Positions 1 to 11,108 of a DNA stretch of 64,000 bases are shown one piece after another. The DNA comes from Adineta vaga (Eukaryota > Animalia > Rotifera): the NCBI GenBank assembly GCA_021613535.1, contig CP075492.1, positions 2,108,001 through 2,172,000 of the forward strand. The letters are read 5' to 3'. Numbering within the stretch: the first letter of the stretch is position 1; the number at the start of each line of letters is the position of its first letter. The notes beneath the pieces were generated by a model. The model did not search any database and had not been told where the DNA came from. It saw nothing but the letters and a program-made list of their open reading frames with translations. Both the position numbers and the translations under genes were made by a program.

Positions 1-46
1 GCAAAATGTTACAAATCCTTCTAATTTTAAATATTTATTTCATTAG

Positions 47-2274
47 AAGTGCGATCGATTTATCAATCCAAACTGACGGTATTTAGTCCAATGTATATTC
101 ATTCCCAAGACCATTGGTCAACATCGATTTTTTATTATGAGTATATACAAATCGAGGTTAATACAACAGGAACTTACACTATTATGTCCAATAGTACCAT
201 GGATATGCAAGCATTTTTATTTAATCATACTTTTAATTCTTCAATAGTAGATCAAGATTTTATTATATTCGACGATAGTAGCGGTGACAATTACCAATTC
301 ATGTTTAAAACCGTGTTTCAAGCTACAATAAAATATATTTTATTTATAACAACTTCTGTAGGGAACACAGTAGGAAGTTTTTCAATTATTGGTTTGGGTC
401 CAACATCGATCAATATTTTTTCAAGTGAATCAAACTAGGAATAAACTATTTCACATAAAATAGATAGTCTAGAATTGAGAAAATGAAAAATATGGGAGTG
501 AGGATTTGGTTTGTGAAAAAAGCAATCCTTCCGTCCATATCTTCACTCTCATAAATTAGTAAAAATCGATCTTTTCTTCTAGTTACATCTCTGATCAATT
601 CTCAACAAGTGCAATCATATTACTCATCAGCATTAACAACAAACAGTCCATTGTATGTTCATCCTGAATATTCTTCGCCAACTGTAGTTTTTTATTATCA
701 TGCTATTCAATTAAGCGTGATAACAACAGGAGCTTATTCAATATTGTCAAATAGTGTTTTGGATACGCAAGGATATATATATAATGATACTTTTAATTCT
801 ATATTTCCTACTCAAAATTTATTGTTAACCGATGACAATACTGGTGGCAATAAACAGTTCATGTTGACATTAGCTCTTTATTCTGGAAAAAATTATACCT
901 TAGTCGTAACAACATTCTGGCCGGGTTTTAAAGGAACATTTTCATTAACCACACGTGGTCCAGCATCGATTACTTTTTTACGGAGTAAGTCAATCTAATA
1001 AAAATACCATTTATGAGACTAGGCGAATTTTTAAACATATTCACATTTCTATTCTGACTCTTAACACATCCATGATCCTCACATATCTTCAGCCATCCTT
1101 TGTTTAAATGATTTCTTAAATCTGATTTTTTTCTATTATGAACCTTAGTGAATACAACAAGTATACAATCCACTTACTCATTGGCTTTGACGACATCGAA
1201 TCAATTGTATGTCCGTCCTGAAGCATATGCGCCAACTGGTGCTTTTTATTATCAGACTATTCAATTGAAAGTGTCAATAACAGGAGTTTATACTATCGCA
1301 TCTTATGGTACCATGGAGATAAAAGGATATATATATAATCATACTTTCAACTCTACATTTCCAAATCAAAATTTACTTATATCAAATGTTAACACTGGGA
1401 AAGACAAACAGTTCTCGCTTTCAATAAATTTTTATTCAGGGTTAAATTATGTCTTCGTTACAACAACATATTGGCCAAATGCCACAGGAACATATACAAT
1501 AATTGCAAATGGTCCAGCATCAATTAATTTTGTATTGAGTGAGTACATAGGATAAGAATAGTAATCGTTATACGATATGTATTAGGGAACTTACAATAGT
1601 GTTTCTCAATTAATAGTATTCCGTGTAAATCAGGACAAATTTTATACGAAAAATAAATAGTATTTATACATCTTTCTAGATTTCTTCCTTTAAACTATTT
1701 TCAATTCTCATTTCAGCGTAAAAACTTTTTACACTGCTGAGTTATTTGTATTTTCTTCTGGTTACATCTTGAGGGTGTGGGTGGGTGGGTGTGGAAGAGG
1801 AGAAACCTACACCCACACCCACACCCTCAAGATGCTAATTAAATACTGAATATTGACGAATTCTGTTTTTTTCTATTAGTTAACTTAACCAAGATACAAT
1901 CAAATTATTTATCTGCTTTAACAATATCTAGTCCAATGTATAAACGTTCTGGAAGTAGTGAATCATCAGCCACCTTTTACTATCAAGCTATTCAAATTCG
2001 TGTGAACATATCAGGTGTTTACAGTATATCATCGAATAGTACTATAGATACAATAGGATATATGTACAATAATACTTTTAATTCAACATTTCCTGATGAA
2101 AATTTACTCATATATGATGATGAAAGTGGTCACAATCATCAGTTTTTGTTCAACATCATGCTTCAAAGTATTACAAAATATATTCTAATTGTAACAACAT
2201 ATGAAAGAAATGTTATCGGATCATCTGCAATAGTTGTTCTAGGTCCAGGATCTGTTACTTTCATATATCCATAA
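47..2274 (+). CDS. 3' part of a multi-exon gene made of tandem ~125-aa beta-rich domains (PPC/DVUA0089-like), one domain per exon: 47-424, 583-984, 1149-1538, 1880-2274
   Basis: Four homologous ORFs (YYxxIQxxVxxxGxYxIxSxSxxDxxGYxYNxTFNS...DDxxG..QF). Each is bounded by AG/GT splice sites in phase 1 that join in frame, with a terminal TAA at 2272-2274. The domain name rests on motif resemblance only. Confidence 0.75.
1765..1834. repeat. Head-to-head telomere-repeat scar (G-tract, spacer, C-tract)
   Basis: CATCTTGAGGGTGTGGGTGGG...AAGAGGAGAAAC-CTACACCCACACCCACACCCTCAAGATG. Confidence 0.9.
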
Positions 2275-2463
2275 TAGTTCACATACATAATTTAGTATTG
2301 TTAACTTTCTGGATATTGATGTATTCTTTCTTTATCATATAAATTATTTCTGATCATTATTCTTATTTCTGCTTTTGTTTTCGTTGTTATTTGCTCGAAT
2401 ATATGTCGTCTTGGAACTAAAAATTCAACTATGTGCAAATATTATTTCCATATAGGTGAGGAT

Positions 2464-2599
2464 TATGGGGTACACATAGTTCAGTTCACGAACCGGTTCA
2501 AATGAGTTGAAGAACTGACCTTAACGATTCAGTTCGCTGAGCTGAACTTGTGAAAAAAGTGAACTGATATGAACTAGAACTGAACTATGTGTAGTCCTA
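2464..2599. mobile_element. hAT-type MITE
   Basis: TIRs TACACATAGTTCAGTTC / GAACTGAACTATGTGTA; 8-bp TSD GTGAGGAT at 2456-2463 and 2600-2607. Confidence 0.85.
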
Positions 2600-3233
2600 G
2601 TGAGGATGAGCCAGGCACAATTACGATGTATTTCGACTGTATAGTCATTCGGATGATTGCATAAATTATAGATACTCTACATATCTGTGTGCTACAAACC
2701 GCATATAATTTATATATCAAAAGCAGGTCACTTTTAAAAAAATCTGTTAAAAGTGAAAATTTCGAACCAAGCTCGGGTTCTTATTCTGACACAAAACACA
2801 CGTTTATATACTCGTCCAGTAAAGAGACAGAAAGAGAAGATGATACCAAAGTCCATCAAAATGTGCCGAAGTAAAAACATATAGAAAGTAATCCATAAGA
2901 TAAGAAGAATCGAAAGAACATATACCATACGTACAGCACATGTAAGTGAGAGCGTCACAATATATATATATATATGAGGTCATCACAGCACTACTTCATT
3001 ATCGAATCGTGTTCGTCTAGTGTAGAACACAAAAGAGACTAGAGCGAACATTGACAAAAACGAAACGAAGAATAAGAAAATATGTATGTAATATAGATAA
3101 TAAGAGCGTTCATATACAAAGGACATCGCGCAAAAACAATATTATGTCAGATTAGCATGTTGTGCTTGTTGATACATTAACATACTGAATATTGAGTGCA
3201 GTCTAGTTCATGGTTTCTTCATATTGTTCTCCC

Positions 3234-6200
3234 CTAAGGGATATACAATTCACAAGTTTTCGCTGATGGATCACACCAACTAGTTTGGCATCCTCCACAA
3301 GCAAGTACACGACCAGAAGTAGGTATAAATGTAAGCGTGAACATTGCTCGTGGTACCGACATATCGGCTGCAGTTGTAAATGTCAAAGTAATTGGATCAA
3401 AGAGTTCGGTTACTCGTGAGTCACCGATAGAATTCCATCCTCCAGCAAGTAAAACTTTATTCAATGAGGGCAGGTAGACAGCTGAGTGATGATTACGCGC
3501 TACAGTCATAGCTTGTGCCAGAAGACTGAATGTGTTTGTGATTGGATCGAATAACTCGCACGAAATAAGCGGACGTCCGTTTCCATTGTGTCCTCCACAT
3601 ACCAAGACTTGATTAATGGTTGGGATGTACGTTGATGTATGGTATATTCGTTCACTGTTCATTGTCAAATTCAGTGAAATGAAAGAGTTCGTACCATCAT
3701 CGTATATATCAGCCGAGTTTGTCGCAAAGTACATCGTATTGTCAATGCCACCTGTTATCAAAGTACGATTTAGAGCATTCATATGTGTAACGCAATGGTA
3801 TTGCCGTGGTATGCTCATACTCTGATTCAAAAGGATGATATTTAATGAAGTTCGATCGAATAGTTGCACTTGTGCTGTGCTCTTAAAATAGGGGCCAATC
3901 CCTCCTCCTGTAAATAAGACATTACCGGAAGAAAGAAGAGCAGCCTCTAGAGCATTTGACGCTGCAACAGGCATGAATGGAGTAGCTAGAACAGTGCCAG
4001 CAATAGGATCATATAGTTCTGCATAAGCGAGTGCTATATTTTCATTGTCACCACCGATAAATAAGACTTGACTGTTATTGCTATATGCAGTAAAAACAAC
4101 AACGGACGCCATGCAGCTACGTGGGGTAGACAGATTACCACTAAATGATTTAATACAGTTACATGAGGACAAAAACTTGTCCACTGCAGCTAGAGTACTT
4201 CCATCTGACCCATAGCCTCCAGTAATCAGAACGGAGTCGTCTGACGGGATATATGTAGCTCTATGTTGATTTCTCTGACAAGTCATCTTGCCAACATTAA
4301 TCCACATACCTAAGTGAGCGCTTACTGTTGTTGAATAATTTTTAGGAACTAAATCAAAGAATTATGAAAAGATATCGAAAAACAGTGACAGATATAAACA
4401 GGCTTAAGTTTTATTATGAGCAAAGCAGATGTTTGACAAGGTAAGTCATTATGCGTGATATATCGAAATTGACTGAGATTTTAGTTTGATGATTCGAAAA
4501 AGCCAGAAAAATAGAGTGTCTATATATAATAAAAACAATGTTCAATTTAGAAGACTTCGTTATGTACTACGCCTTGACATGTTCTTCCAACCGAATCTGG
4601 ACAAAGAAATAGGTGGATTATGTGATCGAAAAAATTTAAACTGGAAAAAATCAAGAACTATTTTTCTTTTTCTCTGAAAACAGGGCTGCCAAATGTTGAT
4701 CTTCAAATGGGGTGCGATTAAGGTACAATATTTTCTAGAAAGGGGTACATTGTTGGGGTACGCAATTTTTCCTAAATGAAAGGGAGTAGCATGGAAAAAT
4801 TATTTAAAAAAACTTTTCTCTCAAAAAAGAGCATAAATTTTCACTGTTCTCTATTAGATTTCGAGTTTATGGAGTACTTTATACAAGAGAACATACTACC
4901 GCAATTAAGCAATACTTTAATATGCTAGATACGGTGAGATCCATGGGTTAATCTTCGCATGATCTGGCGCAAGTTTCTTTAGAACAGAAAAATATAGAAA
5001 ATTCCGTCAATTTGGCTTCCGACGCTACATCATTTATCGCAGATAAAGAAACCCACATGATTCTTATCTTTAAAAATAATGTTAGCAAAAGCTATTTCAA
5101 AGTATTACAGTTGTCATGTATAAAGAAACTGAACATTTTACAAATTACGAAAAAAAAAACAATAGACTTATCGCCGCGAATGTGATAAGTGAAACAATTG
5201 TAATCTAGAAAACAATACAACGCTTCCAATTAAGACACGCTGAATATTATTGTCAACTGGAACAGGGTTTCTAATATGGCTATACGTTTCTTGTCGTTGA
5301 GCACACATGATTAAGTCATGTTCGTTTCGAAAAACTTTAAAAAGATTATTTCATTTGATCTCACAGTTCAATCTTATTTGTAGGTTAATAGTTATAATTC
5401 CAGTTATTTAACAGTGAACTTTGTCTCGTTTTCATTGAAGGCTTAATATGACTATGAAGAAAAAAACGGATCTGTCGAAATTTATTTTGATTTGAAAGTA
5501 GGAAAAAGTAGGATGCGATAGAATTAGATCAATGAAACCTATATTGCTAATTCTTGATCAATTCTTCACCAGTATTGTTCATTATAAGTGTCACTACAGC
5601 GACGCTATGAACTTCAGCATAAAACACAGCTTATATTTATCGAAAATCAGTTTATCATGTTAGAAGCTCCAAAATCAAATGAGGTATAAAAAGTGTACCT
5701 CAGAGGTACAATTTTTTCCGGTGTACAATACCCCAAGATGAGGTACACTTGGTAGACCTGTCTGAAAACGACGAAAATTATCAAAAACCTGTGCACTTAG
5801 TAAAGTTGTTTTTTATTAGAAGATCTTAATTAGCACATAAAGACTTGAAACTACCAATGGTTTTGCATTTACTAGTATGGAAATGTTCTACTCATGAACA
5901 AAAACCTTTAATATCGTGCAATGAAAAGGAGAGCCTATATTGTCAAAGTGAATAACTCTAATAATTATTCCTTATTTTTATTAGATATATTACACGTTTA
6001 TTCAAGCATTTAATAGTGTCATAATTTTCGAACAAACTTTAGAGACTTGATACTGAGAATAGAAGGTAGTAGGAAATACAGGACAGACCAGGTGTGAAGA
6101 GATAAAAAAAGGTATGTAAGATGAGGAATGAGAGTATGCTAGAAAAGACATAAGGTACGAATATAATAATATTTCCATTAATAGAGATACATTGTTGGTT

Positions 6201-7454
6201 TGATCTAGGATTTTTTACGAATGGTAGAAACAACTTTTCCGAGCTTTTTGAATTTTTCTGTGGAATATTTAATCGTATTTGAAGTGTGCAAGTATGAGAT
6301 GATAGATTCCTCTATCTCTTTCCTCATACTAATCATTGATTTGTAGTACAGGAAAAAAGAGAGTATTGTTCATTTGATTGCTAGAATCGATTATGAATAC
6401 AGGTCTCATATTTGTGGATAAACAGGATCCAAAATTAAAAATTATTATCAGATTAATCCTCAGGTATATAAGTATTTCATAAAAACTGCTCATCAGAGTT
6501 AGTTCTTCAGGATAATTTGTGAATATAAAGTAAAATACAAAATCTATTAACTCTGTAAGAGAAAGAGAAGCAGGATAAAATACACTTATACATAGTTACA
6601 GAACAAATATTGTCCCCGTGGCGGACTCTACCTGTAGCTGCTGCGCAATGAAAAAGCTCCTGTATATCTTTATTGTAGTCCTACTATTGCCTCAGCAGAT
6701 AGACTAATAAAATATTAAACTCGTACAAACATGAAAAAGATTCATCATAACTATCATATTTCTCTGGAAGGCACTGGTTTAGAATGGACCATTAGACCTT
6801 GAATACTCCCTGATGAATTCCTGTCGTGAGAAACACTAAGAACATATGTCGTGTCCTAGGCTTTCCGATACAACCGTATATGTATTCTTCAGAATATGAT
6901 AGGATTTAGAAAAAGATAAACGATTTAGTGGTTCCTACTAAGCTCATATGCAGAATATTGAAATATTAATAGCACTGGAGGGTTGTTGAAAATATTTATG
7001 ATTCTGATTGGATTCGGAATATTCCTCGAATAGTTTTTGAATATTAGATTATGCGAGCAGATTATTGAATAATGCCAGTTTTTATCGAGAAAAATCTAAG
7101 AAAGATAAGAAATGTGATTGAGAAATCTTGAAAATTTCTAAGTTGTATCGGATTGTGTTCTGCTTTCACATGCATAATGCCGTATTGCAAATAACTATTC
7201 TCAATTACACCCTCATAAGTTAATCAAATTTACTTTGTGACGTTGATGTCATTTCATTCATGAAACTGGTTGCAGTAACGTTGCTTGCCATAGTTCCTTC
7301 TACATAAAGAATTTTTGAAAGAAAAATCAGCCGGTAAATTTAACATGCGAAGCTTACTATTAAGTTTAACCAAGAGTACAATAATGAGAATAGTTACTGC
7401 AGCCCCAACAGTTATACCAATTATTAAAAAATTGCGCGTAGACGAATTGGTCAT
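3234..7454 (-). CDS. Kelch-repeat beta-propeller protein, probably with an N-terminal membrane anchor (exons 7454-7358, 7299-7234, 4348-3234; additional exons possible)
   Basis: Seven RxxHxxTxLxxxxVLxxGG...ELFDP repeats in ORF 3234-4307. The upstream hydrophobic exon MTNSSTRNFLIIGITVGAAVTILIIVLLV and a 66-nt exon join in phase 1. Linkage across the 2.9-kb intron is inferred. Confidence 0.75.
4681..5760. mobile_element. Non-autonomous hAT DNA transposon
   Basis: TIRs CAGGGCTGCCAA / TTGGTAGACCTG; 8-bp TSD TCTGAAAA at 4673-4680 and 5761-5768; no long ORF. Confidence 0.85.
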
Positions 7455-8802
7455 TTTATTGCTAGGTAAACAATGTATTATTATCTTGAAGACATTAATA
7501 CAAGATACTACTTTTTATAATGGAAAAAAATATCATAGCAGGCTGAGATATTACTGCAAAATATTGAAAAAAGCATGCTCACACTATTCTGTCTACAAAA
7601 TGGTGACTTGATATTGAGAGAACCAGCTAAGTGTTAATGCAGAATGTTTATGAACAGTTTACAAATGTGCTTTTATTAAGAAAGAGATGATACCATACAT
7701 TCTAAAAAATCAAATCTCAAGGGTTGGGCCGGCTCAGATTTGACCTTTTCTTATGAAGAGCCTGCACTTTACTTTTCTTTCAAGTTCCGCATAATATAAT
7801 TTGAAACAAGTATCATTGTACTGCGAATTACTGACGACATAATATTGCTTAGAAAGTGTTTTCATAGAATTAAATACTTTTATTCTGTATTTGGGATTCA
7901 TTTCCACAGTACTGCCACATCAATAGTTACTTGCAGCAAAATGATGCATTTTCCTTTTGACAATATTATGTGACTCATGGTACGCTCTAAGAAACTTCAG
8001 GACTTAAGAGTAGGAACAAATCTAAATTGCGAGACTCGACACTGAGAGAATACCTCTTACTTTTCGCTGCTGCACGTTTGCAAGTGAATTTCGCTCGCTG
8101 AATCAGTGCCAGTCACTTCTGGCAATCTCTGGCATCGGCACCATCCACACCCTCCCTGAACTCAAGGGTAAGTTGAAAACGGTATAACAGTTCATAAATT
8201 ATCCTAAGGTGTAAAAATTCAAGGGAAAGAGGCTCAGTTCATGAAATCTTCGATTTTTGTAAGGAAGTCAGCCATTTCCTAAAATACCTCTACTATAAAA
8301 AGCTAAGAGCCCGATTTTCGACCGCCAAACGATTATATCCTTGTTATATACGGTATACCAAAATTATAGGCTCCTCTCTTAATCGAATCTAACAAAAATG
8401 CATCAAGTGTGAGGTATTTACAAAATGGACTAATTCATTCTTCTCCTATGGTCCACATTTGAATTCTTATCAGTATATTCAGGGTTTCAAATTCTCCCGT
8501 GCCTTAGAAAAATCTTCAGTATCTAAGAGTTTTTTTCAATTTCTCAAACTCTTTAAAGTTTTGTAGTTGTTACTATCTAAAATTTTCTATGAGTTTGCAA
8601 GAATTTAGAAAAGCTTCTTTTATCAAATGCTCGTTAAATTCGTATCCAATATAGAAAAATGTCTTCAGCAACACATTGAAATCCATTAAACTCAGCAAAA
8701 ATTCTCATAACCTGATCAGTGATGTGTCACGCTAGACCAAGAAAAGGCAAATCTGGAAGCAAAGTGTTGTTCACGAACTCAGTTTTGAGACACTATTTCT
8801 AT

Positions 8803-9895
8803 AGCATTTCAACAAAGCTACTCAACAAGATTCACCAGGAAAAAAACATTTGTTCATATTTCTTGAATTTCACAACCAGAATAACAAATGAACATTTCTT
8901 TCCGATTAAATATTAGAGAAAGTTTTTTTCTTCCTATTTTTTACGCTTGGATAACTCTCGCGTTTTCCTATATCTTCTCTTGAAGAACAAAACCTGTTTT
9001 TTCTGTATTGCTGTTGTTGTGAAGAGTTTCAAAAGATTGAAATGCAAAATAAGGAAGGTTTCTATATATGATGAGAGTTCTAACTGTTGACAGTCTTAAC
9101 TCTACAGTATATACGTGGTTGAAAAGTGACTGATGTAATCGTAGGAAATCTGTCCATTATAATATTGTTTAGCTCATTTGATGTATATTCATAGTTAAAC
9201 TGTTTTGAAAAATCCATCTCTTCTCCAAGGGATCTAAAAACAAGTGATCACATCTCGGCCATACTATTGTTTCCAAAACAGTTTAATTATGAATATATTC
9301 GGTGACTGAATTCATTCATTCAACAATACATAATAACCTATGTGAACGACTTTTTCTTTTAACATACGCTTCAGTACTTTATATTAGAGTTAAAGAAGAG
9401 AAGTCGTTGAGGAACTTCTTCTCTTTAATAAACTCATGAACAAAAGATCACCAGAAACATATGTTCTTGAGGAAGGAAAGAATACAAGCATGGAAGAATA
9501 GATGAGATGAATAAGCAATAATGAAGCAAACAATATTATAATGGACAGATTTCTTACGATTACATCAGTCACTTTTCAACCACGTATATACTGTAGAGTT
9601 AAGACTGTCAACAGTTAGAACTCTCATCATATATAGAAACCTTCCTTATTTTGCATTTCAATCTTTTGAAACTCTTCACAACAACAGCAATACAGAAAAA
9701 ACAGGTTTTGTTCTTCAAGAGAAGATATAGGAAAACGCGAGAGTTATCCAAGCGTAAAAAATAGGAAGAAAAAAACTTTCTCTAATATTTAATCGGAAAG
9801 AAATGTTCATTTGTTATTCTGGTTGTGAAATTCAAGAAATATGAACAAATGTTTTTTTCCTGGTGAATCTTGTTGAGTAGCTATGTTGAAATGCT
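8803..9895. repeat. Near-perfect ~368-bp inverted duplication (8803-9170 / 9528-9895)
   Basis: Arms are reverse complements with very few mismatches; spacer ~357 bp. Confidence 0.9.
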
Positions 9896-10413
9896 TTTCG
9901 CATCGCTTTCCTGAACTTTTAGCAACACAGCTCATTGAAGGAGAGAAATAACGTTTTTTTCCTACCTTGCGCAGTACTTATTAGTTATTGTTTCAAGCAT
10001 AAAAAAGCATTCATCGTTCTTACCCTTATGAAATGTTGTTAGGTGATGCAGCTACAACACGAAGAAATTAAATTTTTTGTATCGCTTAATCTGTGTAAGT
10101 CACTATCTATTGCGCATGATGACAATTTCTACTTTTGCTGATTTTTTTATATATGCTATACAGTTAGAAATTTGTTCTTCATTCACTGTAGTTCTTTGTT
10201 GAATTTCTTGTATTTTCCATCATCACTTTAGATAATCAGAAAACAATACGCAAAATGAAAATTGTAACCATTTATTATCGTAAGAAGGGTGATGACTCAT
10301 CTTGTACTCACTGAGTATTGTGATATCGACCTGTTTTAATCACTTGAGTACGGGAAGCACATAGGTATGGTCTGATTCGGATTTAATTGTATCTGTACGA
10401 AATATGTCTCAAT

Positions 10414-10475
10414 CAGAGAGCGAAACGAGGCAACATTTTGCTGCCTCACCTCGCTTTGCCTCGTTTCGGGCTCTA
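10414..10475. mobile_element. 62-bp palindromic hAT-type mini-element
   Basis: CGAAACGAGGCAA / TTGCCTCGTTTCG inverted repeat; flanks GTCTCAAT / ATCTCAAT (8-bp TSD, 1 mismatch). Confidence 0.6.
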
Positions 10476-11108
10476 ATCTCAATTAACACTTAAATGATAA
10501 AGACTGTAAGGTCAACTATATTTATCATTTCTAGAACATCAAAGTATGACTATTTGTATACTATAAATAACACACCCTCTTATGAATAGACGCAGTTATA
10601 TGATCATATCATAATGAGATTACGTCACATATACGAAAACGTATTACTGTGCCAGAGAACGTAAGAAAATACGGTTCATGTATCACGTACGATCTCGTAT
10701 GAGATAGATTTGCGGTGTAAATATGGATGGCCACTATTGTCAACAAAAGTACCAGTAATTTCTCATCTCTACTTTTGATTGTCATTGATACGATCTAATT
10801 TCTAAACGTTCTTTGCAATGACAGCGTTTCAAAACATTACTTTCTATCTCTATACACAGCTACTAGTCGATTCATCATCAGCCATATCTGATTGTTTCAC
10901 TGTTAGTATGTTTTCACTCTCAAGCTTACTTTCCAAATTCAAACTGCGATAAATACTGTAAGTTTAAGTTTATGAGTATTTTTGCCCTATTTAAGATTAA
11001 ATATAAGCATATTGCGTTGAGAAGAATTTTATCGTGTACCACACATATCGCTCACTCGTTACAGGAAAGACTTGCTGATCCTTAATTCAGCGATTCGAGC
11101 CATATACA

